Assembly: GCA_965214405.1 (NCBI GenBank)
Contig: OZ243956.1
Span: forward strand, 3,328,001-3,392,000
Direction of reading: 5' to 3'
Length of the DNA: 64,000 nt
Source of the DNA: Trueperaceae bacterium
GTDB lineage: Bacteria > Deinococcota > Deinococci > Deinococcales > Trueperaceae
The translations under genes and the position numbers were made by a program. Within the stretch, counting starts at the first letter, position 1. Each line of letters starts with the position of its first letter. Positions 12,127-21,840 of this stretch are shown here, one piece after another. The notes under the pieces are model-generated. The model was not told where the DNA came from. It saw nothing but the letters and a program-made list of their open reading frames with translations, and ran no database searches.

Positions 12127-12156
12127 GTCTACAAGAGGGCGCGCCCTCTTGTAGAC
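12127..12156. repeat. Perfect 30-bp palindrome
   Basis: GTCTACAAGAGGGCG|CGCCCTCTTGTAGAC with no spacer, in a divergent intergenic region. Confidence 0.9.
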
Positions 12157-12190
12157 AGTACCTCCAAGCAAAGTGCCGTAAACTAACCCT

Positions 12191-12631
12191 ATGAAAGCCG
12201 TTGCGCTCATTGCCCACGATAAGAAAAAACTCGACTTGGCGATTTTTGCCAAAGACCACGCCCATATTCTTGAAAAGTTTCCGCTGATCGCCACCAACAC
12301 GACGGGGAGCGTGCTCGAGAGCAAGACCACGCTTCACGTCACGCACCTTTTATCGGGTCCGCAAGGCGGAGATTTGCAGGTGGGCGCGCGCATCGCCGAA
12401 GAGGGCGTGCTGGCGGTTATCTTTTTCCGCGACCCCTTGACCGCCCAGCCCCACGAGCCCGACGTGTCGGCCTTGATGCGGATTTGCGACGTGCATGAGG
12501 TGCCCCTGGCAACGAACTTGGGTACCGCGGTCGCCATCGTCGCGTGGCTCGAGGAGCAGTTGAGCGTGAACGAATTAGACGAAAGCGAGCGGTTGGAAAA
12601 AAGCGCACACTTAGAGGGCCGCCATGAGTAA
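12191..12631 (+). CDS. mgsA: Methylglyoxal synthase
   Basis: ALIAHDKKK, SGPQGGDLQVG, FFRDPLTAQPHEPDV, PLATN. Confidence 0.96.
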   Translation: MKAVALIAHDKKKLDLAIFAKDHAHILEKFPLIATNTTGSVLESKTTLHVTHLLSGPQGGDLQVGARIAEEGVLAVIFFRDPLTAQPHEPDVSALMRICDVHEVPLATNLGTAVAIVAWLEEQLSVNELDESERLEKSAHLEGRHE

Positions 12632-12878
12632 AGACGTCGTCGCGGCTTTTTTGAAAGAGATGCGCGAGCAGCACAGGAACGAAATTGAGGCCATCGAACT
12701 GCCCGAGGGTACGGGGGAGTATCTGCTCGAGCGCGCCCACGCGGGCGACGTCGACATGCTCACCTTTATGCTCAAGCTCTCGTATTTGATGGGACTACAA
12801 ACCGGCTACGCGGCAGGCTCCGCTGAAGGAGAGGACGAGGGGCCTTTTAGCGCGCCGCGCGGCCCGCTGCAAGCGTAG
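12624..12878 (+). CDS. ddrH: DdrH-like small protein (Deinococcota DNA-damage-response family)
   Basis: ELPEG...GD...FMLKL...G.Q.GYAAG pattern recalled from Deinococcus DdrH. Overlaps the mgsA stop. Confidence 0.55.
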   Translation: MSKDVVAAFLKEMREQHRNEIEAIELPEGTGEYLLERAHAGDVDMLTFMLKLSYLMGLQTGYAAGSAEGEDEGPFSAPRGPLQA

Positions 12879-13040
12879 CGGCGTCGGCTAGCCGCCTCAC
12901 CCAACTTATGGGGGGAGCGCAGGCTTCTCCCCACCACTCTGTCCCCACCACCCTGTCCCCCCCGCTCCCCACGTCCCTATTCAGCCCACACCGACCCGCG
13001 CGCAACGCGAATTACCTGTGTAAATCATCTGCCGGTCCCG

Positions 13041-15119
13041 CTAGCTCACCTGAGCGAGACGCCGCGCCGAGAGTTCCAGAAGCCTCTCCTGCGCGTTCAG
13101 GCGTTTTTGGCCGGGGCTCCTTTTGGCGTGGCAGTATTGGCCGTCCTCCCTAAGCTCTCTGGCCTTGACGTTGTCGCGCAGCATGAGGTCGAACACTTGC
13201 GTGACTTTCTTTTTTAAGTGCGGGTCCTCGACGGGAAACACCGCCTCGACGCGGCTGTTGAGGTTGCGCTGCATCCAGTCGGCCGAGCCGACGTACAAAT
13301 CTTCAGCGCCGTTGTTGAGAAAGTAAAAGGCCCTCGAGTGCTCCAGAAACCGCCCGACAATGCTCCGCACGCGGATCGTCTCGCTTACGCCCGGTACTTG
13401 CGGGCGCAAGCAGCACACGCCCCGCACGATGAGGTCGATGTCGACCCCCGCCTGCGACGCGCGGTAGAGGGCGCGAATCACTTCCGGGTCGACAAGCTGA
13501 TTCATCTTGGCGATGATTTTGCCCTTGCGCTCCGCGCGGGCGTGCGCCTCCTCGCGTTCGATGGCCTCCAAGACCTTGCCCCGCAGCGTCGCCGGGGCCA
13601 CCCAGAGTTTGCGCCATTCGTGCTGTTTGGAAAAGCCTGTAAGGTAATTAAATAGCTCGGACGTGTCCGCCCCCAGGTCGGGGTCGCACGACAAGAGCGC
13701 GAAGTCGGTGTAGATGGTGCTGGTGCCGGGGTTATAGTTGCCGGTGCCCAAATGCACGTAGCGGCGGATTTCTCCGCCCTCGCGCCGAACCACCAGGAGC
13801 GCCTTGCAGTGCGTTTTGAGACCCGCGAAGCCGTAGACGACGTGGACGCCCGCGCGCTCCAATTCCCTCGCCCAGACGATGTTGTTTTCTTCGTCAAAGC
13901 GCGCTTTGAGTTCCACCAAGGCCGTCACCAGTTTGCCGTTGCCCGCCGCCTTGGCCAGAGCCGCCACCACGGGCGAGCGGCTGCCCACCCGGTAGAGCGT
14001 CTGTTTGATGGCGAGCACGTTGGGGTCTTCGGCGGCCTGCTCGATCATATTGAGAACCGCGTCAAACGCGTGAAAGGGGTGATGGATAAGGATGTCGCGC
14101 TTGCGAATCGCGTCGAAGATGTTGTTCTCGTTCCGGTACTCGGTGGGCAAACGCGTCACAAAGGGCGGGTAGCGCAGCGCGGGCAGGTCCAGAAGCGCGA
14201 GCTCCATAAAGTCGCCGACGTTGAGGTGATTTGAAACTTTGTACACGTCGTCCGGCGTGAGCCTCAGCGTGTCGCGCAGATAGGTCTGCCAGCTCTTGGG
14301 CATGTCGCGCGTCACCTCGAGCCTGACCGCGTCCCCCCAGCGGCGCTTCCTGACCTCGTCCTCGATCACGTGCAGGAGGTCGTCGGCCTCGTCCTCGGCG
14401 ATGTCGATGTCGGCGTTGCGGGTGATGCGAAAGGCGTGCGCGCGCTTGACCTCGTGACCGGGGAAAAGCGCGTCCACCTTGGCCTTGATGATGTCTTCTA
14501 AAAGCACAAAACGGTAGTTGGGCGCGTCTCCCTTGGCTTTGGGCAGCTTGAAAAAGCGCGGCAGCACGTTGGGCACCTGCACCACGGCGGTGTGCAGCTC
14601 GTCTTGCGTGGGGTCGTAAACGTCTAACATGAGCGAAAAAGAAAGGTTGGGCAGCCGCGGGAAGGGATGCCCCGAGTCCACCGCCAGGGGCGTCAGGACG
14701 GGGAAAAGCTCCTCGACGAAAAATTGCTCCACCGCCCGTTCGTCACGCTCGCTAAGCTCTTTCATGGGCACCAGCACCACGCCGTGCTCGGCCAGCACGG
14801 GCAGAACGTCTCCCAGCACGCGCCTGTGGAGGTCGATCATCGGGTGAAGGCGCTCGCAGATCGCCTGTTGTTGCTCCGGGGGCGTCATCCCGTCGGCGGT
14901 GCGCTTGACGATGCCCGCCGCGACCTGCTCCTTGAGGCCCGCATAGCGAATCATCATGAACTCGTCTAGGTTGGTCCCGAAGATAGCCAAAAACTTGAGG
15001 CGCTCCAAAAGCGGGTTGGTTTCGTCGACGGCCTCCTCGAGCACCCGCTCGTTAAACTTGAGCCACGATAGCTCGCGGTTAAAATAGTATTGTGGGTCGC
15101 GCAAATCGGGGTCGGCCAT
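13041..15119 (-). CDS. ppk1: Polyphosphate kinase 1
   Basis: FNRELSWL.FNERV, HPFP, VELKARFDEENN, KTHCK, HLGTGNYN, GRFLEHSR, GSADWM. Confidence 0.97.
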   Translation of the reverse strand: MADPDLRDPQYYFNRELSWLKFNERVLEEAVDETNPLLERLKFLAIFGTNLDEFMMIRYAGLKEQVAAGIVKRTADGMTPPEQQQAICERLHPMIDLHRRVLGDVLPVLAEHGVVLVPMKELSERDERAVEQFFVEELFPVLTPLAVDSGHPFPRLPNLSFSLMLDVYDPTQDELHTAVVQVPNVLPRFFKLPKAKGDAPNYRFVLLEDIIKAKVDALFPGHEVKRAHAFRITRNADIDIAEDEADDLLHVIEDEVRKRRWGDAVRLEVTRDMPKSWQTYLRDTLRLTPDDVYKVSNHLNVGDFMELALLDLPALRYPPFVTRLPTEYRNENNIFDAIRKRDILIHHPFHAFDAVLNMIEQAAEDPNVLAIKQTLYRVGSRSPVVAALAKAAGNGKLVTALVELKARFDEENNIVWARELERAGVHVVYGFAGLKTHCKALLVVRREGGEIRRYVHLGTGNYNPGTSTIYTDFALLSCDPDLGADTSELFNYLTGFSKQHEWRKLWVAPATLRGKVLEAIEREEAHARAERKGKIIAKMNQLVDPEVIRALYRASQAGVDIDLIVRGVCCLRPQVPGVSETIRVRSIVGRFLEHSRAFYFLNNGAEDLYVGSADWMQRNLNSRVEAVFPVEDPHLKKKVTQVFDLMLRDNVKARELREDGQYCHAKRSPGQKRLNAQERLLELSARRLAQVS

Positions 15120-15498
15120 CTGTCAAGCCTAACAAATTCCTGCGTGAGAGCTTGTGCTCCCCACGCCCCATCCCCAAAAAATAGGGTTTTGAAATCAGGC
15201 TTGTATAGCAAGAACGCTCTGGTACAGCAGGAAAACTCTGGTTTGAGCGAGACCCGGCATATCAGTTACCGTGCAGGACGTAGTTCAAGGATGTTTAGGA
15301 AACGACGTTTGAGGGATGACACTTGCGTTGATAGACTCGGCGTAAACGAAAACCGCTATAGACCGACAACTGCCTGAGTGAGACGGACGTGCGGCAGCAG
15401 GGCGAGGCGATACGCAGCAGCGCGTGCCGGAAAGGCCCCTACACCTATCCCACACCTAATACGCATATCTACGCAGGTCAGAAAAGGATCAATATCTA

Positions 15499-15512
15499 AG
15501 GACAATTGTCCT
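15499..15512. promoter_or_regulatory. Candidate operator palindrome upstream of ctaA
   Basis: Perfect 14-bp AGGACAATTGTCCT in the AT-rich ppk1/ctaA divergent region. Confidence 0.45.
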
Positions 15513-15707
15513 CTGAAAATCGGTTTATACTTTAGCTACTTTGTACGAATTGTCTTTTGTCCACTTATCCTTTTATCCGAGCCGCCCAACTGTTTTAGCC
15601 GATCGTTTAGCGCTTTGTCAGCCTGAGGGCGCGCTCGAGCCGCGTAGATTCAAGCGAACCCTAAGCCAGACATCAAGAGGGACGTTAAAGACCGAGGGGG
15701 CCGAAAC

Positions 15708-16730
15708 ATGAGGGGCATGATGCGCAACGTTTCAACGCCTGTGCTCGCGTGGGTGGCTGCGCTCTCCACCTGGGCGCTGATCGTTCAGGGGGCGGTGGTG
15801 CGGGCCACGGGGTCGGGCGCGGGCTGCGGCTCTCACTGGCCAACCTGTAACGGCACCATCGTGCCGCTGTCGCCGAGCACGGAAACGCTTGTGGAATTTT
15901 CGCACCGGCTGCTCTCGCTCCTCATTTTGGGGTTCGGGGCCTGGCTGCTCGTGCGGGCGTTCAGGAGCCGCAAGGCGAATCCGGGGCTCTGGGTCTTCTC
16001 GCTCGCGGCCTTTATATTTCTCCTCACCGAAGCGCTGTTGGGGGCGGCCACGGTGCTGTTCGGTCTCACGGGTGAGAACGCGACGGTGGCGCGCGGGCTG
16101 ATGGTCTCGGCGCACCTCGTCAACTCGCTTTTGCTGATAGGCGCGTTTACGGGAGCGGTGGTGTACGCCAAAGAGGGTAGGGGGCTTTGGCCGCTCAATG
16201 TGCGTAAGCAAGGCTTACTTGCAACCGTGCTCGGCCTGGGGCTCACGGGGATGCTCCTGCTCATGTTTTCGGGCGGCATCGCGGCGATGGGCGATACCAT
16301 GTTTCCGGCCTCGAGCCTCCGCGAGGGCCTAGCCCAGGATTTTCACCCCGAAGCGCACCCCCTGATTCGCCTGCGCATCTTGCACCCGCTTATCGCCATT
16401 ACCGTAGGCATTTATCTTTTTCTAAGCCTCGGGCTGTCCTGGCTCCTCAAGCCGGTGAGCGCGGCCAAGCGCATCGCCCAAGTGCTTTTCGGCGTGTACG
16501 TGGCGCAGCTCGTGATTGGCTCCGCCAACTTGGCGTTTCTGGCCCCCATCCCCCTACAACTTTTGCACCTCACCACGGCGACGCTCGCGTTCGCGCTGCT
16601 CGCCGCGCTCTCCGTTTACGCGCTCGGGGAGGGCGCGGGCGTGACGCAAGGGGCGACGCAAGGCGCAAAGCAACCTGTGAAAGACCCTGCCGAACCCTCC
16701 TTTGCACCGCTGGGTGCTGAAAAGGCGTGA
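15708..16730 (+). CDS. ctaA: Heme A synthase (COX15/CtaA)
   Basis: VRATGSGAGCGSHWPTCNG, EFSHR, conserved His residues in transmembrane helices. Confidence 0.9.
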   Translation: MRGMMRNVSTPVLAWVAALSTWALIVQGAVVRATGSGAGCGSHWPTCNGTIVPLSPSTETLVEFSHRLLSLLILGFGAWLLVRAFRSRKANPGLWVFSLAAFIFLLTEALLGAATVLFGLTGENATVARGLMVSAHLVNSLLLIGAFTGAVVYAKEGRGLWPLNVRKQGLLATVLGLGLTGMLLLMFSGGIAAMGDTMFPASSLREGLAQDFHPEAHPLIRLRILHPLIAITVGIYLFLSLGLSWLLKPVSAAKRIAQVLFGVYVAQLVIGSANLAFLAPIPLQLLHLTTATLAFALLAALSVYALGEGAGVTQGATQGAKQPVKDPAEPSFAPLGAEKA

Positions 16731-16731
16731 T

Positions 16732-17640
16732 GTGAAAACGCAAACGATATCTGTACCCGCTCGAGCCACCTGGCGCGACTACGTCACGATGACCAAACCC
16801 AAAGTCATAAGCCTTTTACTCCTCACCACGGTGGGCGCAATGTTCATCGCGGCCAAGGGCTTTCCGGGTTGGCTGCCGCTCTTCGGCTTGACGTTGGGCG
16901 GCTACATGTCCGCGGGCGCGGCGGGTGTATTCAACATGGTCTACGACCGCGACATCGACGGGCGCATGAAACGAACCGCCAAACGCCCCACGGTGACCTC
17001 GGTGGTGCCGACCTCGCACGCGCTTATCTTTGGCGTCGCCCTGACCGCCGCGTCGTTTCTCGTCATTACGCTCACCTCCAACGTTTTGGCCGCTCTTTTG
17101 TCGTGGGCGGGCATCGCGTTTTACGTGATTATCTACACGATGTGGCTAAAGCGGAGCACCTGGCAAAACATCGTCATCGGCGGGGCGGCGGGGGCGATCC
17201 CGCCCTTGGTTGGCTGGGCGGCGGTCACGGGACACTTGAGCCTCTTGGCCTGGCTCTTGTTCGCGCTCGTGTTCGCCTGGACGCCCGTCCACTTTTGGGC
17301 GCTCGCCATTATGATCAAAGACGACTACAGCGCGGTGGGCGTGCCGATGGCCCCGAGCGTGATCGGCGAACGCGCGACCGTGATGCAAATGGTGATGTAC
17401 GCGGTCCTGACCGTCGCGCTGACGCTCATCCCGTTTGCCATGAACGAATTTTCTCCCGTCTACTTTTTCGCGGCGCTCGCGCTCAACGTGGTGCTGGGGT
17501 TGCGGGTCTTTAGGCTGTTCGTGCTTGCTCGAGCGGGTACGCCCATCGACCGGCCCACGGCGCTGAGCCTTTATAAGTATTCGATGGCTTATCTCGCGCT
17601 GGTCTTTTTAAGCATGGCCTTAGACCGTATCTTTTTGTAG
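16732..17640 (+). CDS. ctaB: Protoheme IX farnesyltransferase (heme O synthase)
   Basis: TKPKV, DRDIDGRMKRTAKRP, NIVIGGAAGAIPP, WTPVHFWALA. Confidence 0.95.
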   Translation: MKTQTISVPARATWRDYVTMTKPKVISLLLLTTVGAMFIAAKGFPGWLPLFGLTLGGYMSAGAAGVFNMVYDRDIDGRMKRTAKRPTVTSVVPTSHALIFGVALTAASFLVITLTSNVLAALLSWAGIAFYVIIYTMWLKRSTWQNIVIGGAAGAIPPLVGWAAVTGHLSLLAWLLFALVFAWTPVHFWALAIMIKDDYSAVGVPMAPSVIGERATVMQMVMYAVLTVALTLIPFAMNEFSPVYFFAALALNVVLGLRVFRLFVLARAGTPIDRPTALSLYKYSMAYLALVFLSMALDRIFL

Positions 17641-17657
17641 AAGGTGGGCAGATAACC

Positions 17658-18458
17658 TTGTCACCTTACGCCACACTTCTAAAACCTCGTTGGATTGCGG
17701 GCCACTTGTTCGCGCTCGCGTTGGTGGTGCTTTTCGTCTCGCTCGGGTTCTGGCAACTCAAACGGGGCGGGGAGCGGGAGCGTTACAACGCGCTGCTTAC
17801 CGCCCGCTTAGAGGCCCTCCCGAGTTCCTTTGAAACTTTGAACTCCCAGTATTCGCTCGCCGCCCCCGCCGAAGAGGGCGACGCCGTCGCCTACCGCCGC
17901 GCGGCGCTCTCCGGACGCTTCGACCCCGAACACGAGGTGCTGCTGCGTTCGCGCGCGCTAGACGGTCAACCGGGCTACCACGTGCTGACGCCCTTGGTTA
18001 TAGCGGGAGACCGCGCGCTGCTCGTGAACCGTGGCTGGGTGCCTTACGCGCTCAACACGCCGCCCGTTGCCGAAGCCGCGCCGCCGGAAGGAACGGTCGA
18101 GGTGACGGGCATCCTCTTCCCGCGCCAGATACCTACGGGCGGTCTTTCGCCCAGAGACTCGGCGGAGGGGCGTCTGGAAACTGTCGCCTGGGTGGATACG
18201 GAGCGCTTAGAAAAACAGATGCCCTATACGCTCGAGCCCCTCTACCTAGAACTCACCACGCAGACGCCCGCTCAGGCGGGTAATTTACCCGTACCCCCGC
18301 CGCCGCCCGAACTCGAGCCGGGGCCGCACCTGTCCTACGCGCTCCAGTGGTTCTCGTTCGCGCTCATCGGGGTGATCGGCTACACTTCGCTCATGCGGCA
18401 AATCGTGCGCGAGGCGGCGGCACCCGAGCGCACGCGGAAACGCGTCAAAGCGTCCTAA
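17658..18458 (+). CDS. SURF1-family cytochrome oxidase assembly protein
   Basis: LGFWQL.R, PGYHVLTPL, VNRGWVP, HLSYALQWF. Confidence 0.92.
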   Translation: MSPYATLLKPRWIAGHLFALALVVLFVSLGFWQLKRGGERERYNALLTARLEALPSSFETLNSQYSLAAPAEEGDAVAYRRAALSGRFDPEHEVLLRSRALDGQPGYHVLTPLVIAGDRALLVNRGWVPYALNTPPVAEAAPPEGTVEVTGILFPRQIPTGGLSPRDSAEGRLETVAWVDTERLEKQMPYTLEPLYLELTTQTPAQAGNLPVPPPPPELEPGPHLSYALQWFSFALIGVIGYTSLMRQIVREAAAPERTRKRVKAS

Positions 18459-18614
18459 AACCTCTAAAAAAGAAACGCCGGAGGGGTTCTGTAAGCCCCT
18501 TCGTATTTATCTTTTGGCTCGTCCGTTCAGAATGTAAAGAGAGGGTGAGCCTCGCCGGGGAATTGCCGGACTCCAACCGCTGAACCCAGCTCACCCCATC
18601 ACGAGGGGGAACCT

Positions 18615-19472
18615 ATGTCAGACGATAACAACATACCCGCGCAGCACCAGGACCGCCAACCGGGGCTCGAGAGCGAGATGACGCCCAGGCCGAGTTTCGA
18701 AAACCCCGACTACCGGGGCAGCGGCAAGCTTCAAGACAAGGTCGCCATCATCACGGGCGGCGACTCAGGCATTGGCCGCGCGGTCGCGGTCTACTTCGCC
18801 AAAGAGGGCGCGGACGTGGCGGTGATTTACCTCAATGAACACGAGGACGCCGAGGAGACGCAGCGGCAGGTCGAGCAGGAGGGGCGGCGCTGCTTGCTCC
18901 TCGCGGGCGACATCGGCCAGGAGGGTTTTTGCCAGGACGCGGTCAGAAAAACCGTGACCGAATTTGATAAGCTCGACGTGCTGGTCAACAACGCGGCTGA
19001 GCAGCATCCGCAGGAGAGCATCCAGGATATTTCTGGCGAACAGCTCGAGCGCACCTTCCGCACCAACATTTTCGGGATGTTCTACATGACCAAGGCGGCT
19101 CTGGAGTTCATGCCCGAGGGGAGCGCCATCGTCAACTCGTGCTCGGTCACCGCCTTTCGCGGCGCACCGACGCTACTCGACTACGCCTCGACAAAGGGGG
19201 CCATCGTCGCCTTTACCCGCTCCCTGGCGCAGAACCTGGCCGACCAAAATATCCGCGTCAACTCGGTCGCGCCGGGACCCGTCTGGACGCCGCTCATCCC
19301 TTCGACCTTTGATAAAGAAAAGGTAGACAAGTTCGGCGAGAACGTGCCGATGAAGCGGCCCGCACAACCCGAGGAGATCGCGCCAAGTTATGTGTTTCTG
19401 GCTTCACAAGACGCCTCTTACATTACCGGGCAGACGATTCACCCCAACGGCGGCGAGGTGGTGGGCGGGTAA
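18615..19472 (+). CDS. SDR oxidoreductase (YhdF/YdaD general-stress type)
   Basis: Q.QPG.E..M.PRP N-terminus, TGGDSGIGRA, NNAAEQH, YASTKGAI. Confidence 0.9.
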   Translation: MSDDNNIPAQHQDRQPGLESEMTPRPSFENPDYRGSGKLQDKVAIITGGDSGIGRAVAVYFAKEGADVAVIYLNEHEDAEETQRQVEQEGRRCLLLAGDIGQEGFCQDAVRKTVTEFDKLDVLVNNAAEQHPQESIQDISGEQLERTFRTNIFGMFYMTKAALEFMPEGSAIVNSCSVTAFRGAPTLLDYASTKGAIVAFTRSLAQNLADQNIRVNSVAPGPVWTPLIPSTFDKEKVDKFGENVPMKRPAQPEEIAPSYVFLASQDASYITGQTIHPNGGEVVGG

Positions 19473-19578
19473 AGGGGAGCCCAAGCTTTTCGTCGCTAGA
19501 CGTGAGCGCACTGGACCCACGGGCGCTGCCGGAGTCTAAAGAGATGGGTCAAAAGGTTTTTTGAGGGGTCGACGCCAC

Positions 19579-20697
19579 CTAAAGCTCGCACCCCTGCATC
19601 GACTCCTCGATAAGCCAATCCACCACCTTCTTGAGGTCGCCCGTCTCCTCGAAGATAGCTAGCTGCCGGTCGGCGCTCGAGCCCCTCTCCAAAATCGTGA
19701 ACACGTGCTCGACCTCTTTGCGGGTGCCTAAGTCGTCCAGTACGTCATCCACAAACTCGACGAGTTCTTCTAAGAGTCTCTTGGCGGGCAATTCTTCGCG
19801 CCTGCCGAAGTCGATAAACTTGCCGTGAATCCCGTAGCGCACCGCGCGCCACTTGTTCTCCTCGATCATGGGCAGCGGGTAGCGGCGGAAGGTCACGTTG
19901 TCCTTGCGCATCTTGTAATGCTTTAGAATCAGCGCCTGAAAGATCGCGGCGCAGCAGACCGCGTCGTCAACATTCGTGCAGAGGTCGCAGATGCGGAACT
20001 CCAGGGTCGGGTAGGTGTGGTGCGGGCGCAGGTCCCAGTAGAGTTTGGAGGCGTTGGGGATGCAGCCCGTCTGGACGAGCGTGTCGATGAGGTTGAGGTA
20101 GTCCGCGTGCGACGTAAACTCGATGGGCAGCCCCGTACGCGGGAAGTGCTTGAAGTGCGCGCTGCGGTAGCTCTGGAGGCCGGTGTCGCGCCCCTCCCAG
20201 AAGGGCGACGAGGCGGAGAGCGCCAGCACGTGCGGGGTCATGTAACGCACCGTGTTCATCGCGTCCACCGCGAACTCGGGGTCCTCGATGCCGATGTGAA
20301 CGTGCATCCCGAAAATGAGGAGCTTGCGCGCCAAGTCCTGCATGTCCTCCAAGATGCCCTCGTAACGCTCAAAGGGGGTGATGTCTTGGTTCTGCCAGGA
20401 TGAAAAGGGATGCGTCCCCGCCGCCGCGATGCGCGCCCCGCTCTCTTCTGCCAAGCTATTCACCTTACAGCGCAGGTCGATGAGTTCGTCCCTCGCCTCC
20501 TGCACGCTCTCGCACGGGGTGGTGCCGACCTCGACAATGCTCTGGTGCAGCTCGGGCTTGAGGTCGAGCCGCCGCAGGATGCTGCGGTCGCCCTCCAAAA
20601 ACTTGGTGATGTAACTTTTTAACTCCCGCGTCTCGGGGTCGATAATCTGATATTCCTCTTCGATGCCGACGGTGAGTGAGGGGCGTTTCACGCTCAC
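19579..20697 (-). CDS. Carboxylate-amine ligase (YbdK, glutamate-cysteine ligase family 2)
   Basis: GIEEEYQ, GMHVHIG, SASSPFW, WDLRPH, TLEFRICD, ENKWRA.RYG. Confidence 0.9.
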   Translation of the reverse strand: MSVKRPSLTVGIEEEYQIIDPETRELKSYITKFLEGDRSILRRLDLKPELHQSIVEVGTTPCESVQEARDELIDLRCKVNSLAEESGARIAAAGTHPFSSWQNQDITPFERYEGILEDMQDLARKLLIFGMHVHIGIEDPEFAVDAMNTVRYMTPHVLALSASSPFWEGRDTGLQSYRSAHFKHFPRTGLPIEFTSHADYLNLIDTLVQTGCIPNASKLYWDLRPHHTYPTLEFRICDLCTNVDDAVCCAAIFQALILKHYKMRKDNVTFRRYPLPMIEENKWRAVRYGIHGKFIDFGRREELPAKRLLEELVEFVDDVLDDLGTRKEVEHVFTILERGSSADRQLAIFEETGDLKKVVDWLIEESMQGCEL

Positions 20698-20775
20698 GGC
20701 TGCCTCCTTGGGTGATGCGAGTGGTCTATCTTATCCCAGATGAAGCGTGTTGAGCAAAAGGGCTATAGTAAACGC

Positions 20776-21451
20776 ATGGCTAACGCGTCCGGATTTGTGA
20801 GGCTCGAGCCCCCCCGCTACCCGCCCGACGAAATGAGGGCGCGGGCGCATGAGTTTTACGAGGAGATGAAGCGGCGGCGTTCGGTGCGCGACTTTAGCGC
20901 TACGGTGCCGCCGCGGGAGGTGCTCGAGCACTGCCTCTTAACCGCGGGCACCGCGCCCAACGGCGCGAACTTGCAACCCTGGCACTTCGTGGTGGTCTCA
21001 AACCCCGCAGTCAAAGCAGAGATTCGCAAGGCGGCGGAGGCCGAGGAAGCGGCTTTTTACGCCCACCGCGCGTCCGAGGACTGGCTCGAGGCCCTGGCCC
21101 CCTTGGGCACGGACGCCAACAAACCTTTTTTAGAAACCGCACCCTACCTCATCGCCGTGTTTACTCAAACCTACGGGCTAGGGGAGGACGGGCGCAAAAT
21201 CAAGCACTACTACGCCACCGAATCCCGAATCCGTCGGCATCGCTACCGGCCTGCTCGTGACCGCGCTCCACCACGCCGGGCTGGCCTGCTTGACCCACAC
21301 GCCGAGCCCGATGGGGTTTCTTAACACCATCCTAAAGCGCCCGCCGAACGAGCGCCCCTTTGTGCTCCTGGTGGTGGGCTACCCGGCTGACGACGCGCAG
21401 GTGCCGAAGATTAGCAAGAAGACGCTCTCACAGCTTGCTACTTTCGTTTAG
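20776..21451 (+). pseudogene. Iodotyrosine-deiodinase-like nitroreductase, frameshifted by a 7-bp duplication
   Basis: [20 protein letters not shown], lid EEAAFY...[21 protein letters not shown] is duplicated at 21218-21231. Removing one copy restores [20 protein letters not shown]...THTPSPM...VGYP. Confidence 0.85.
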
Positions 21452-21519
21452 CCTTTTTGTGACCATCCCCGCGCCGCGACGAGTTTCGGCGAGTAGAATG
21501 TGAAGACTTTAGCAAAGAG

Positions 21520-21828
21520 GTGACTATGCCCAAGGAAGAAGTTCAGCAGAGAATATCAGACGCGTCCGTCGTCGTCGCCGCGCCCGAACAAATGTCGTCC
21601 GAACTTTCGGGGGAGGTGGTGATTCTCAACCTCGAGTCGGGCAAATATTACAGTTTGGGCGCGGTGGGGGCAACCGTCTGGAAGATGATTCAGGAGCCGC
21701 AAACCGTCGGGGCAATAAAAGAAGTCATCCTCAACACCTACGACGTGACCGCCGAACGTTGCGAGGCGGATTTGCAAAACCTCCTCACCTCTCTTCAAAC
21801 AGCGGGCGTGGCCGAGGTTAGAGCGTGA
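21520..21828 (+). CDS. PqqD-family RiPP recognition element (lasso B1-like)
   Basis: EVVILNL.SGKYYSL..VGA.VW..I..P.TV..I...YDV....CEADL pattern. Confidence 0.88.
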   Translation: MTMPKEEVQQRISDASVVVAAPEQMSSELSGEVVILNLESGKYYSLGAVGATVWKMIQEPQTVGAIKEVILNTYDVTAERCEADLQNLLTSLQTAGVAEVRA

Positions 21829-21840
21829 ATAGGGTGAGGG

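Noticed and set aside
12040..12190. Radiation/desiccation response motif (RDRM) upstream of mgsA-ddrH, alkA, mfd or addAB
   Set aside because: No convincing 17-bp palindrome matching the consensus was found by eye.
15267..15284. ACCGTGCAGGACGTAGTT resembling ACCGTTCAGGATGTAGTT near 40195
   Set aside because: A 16/18 match is about what chance gives among the intergenic DNA, and it does not extend.
19579..20697. YbdK ligase acting as the missing lasso cyclase
   Set aside because: It has a different fold from asparagine-synthetase-like cyclases, is divergently transcribed, and is a common stand-alone gene. Proximity is the only support.
21452..21519. Lasso precursor peptide next to the RRE/B2 genes
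   Set aside because: The flanking gaps (68 and about 96 nt) contain no suitable ORF with a leader motif.
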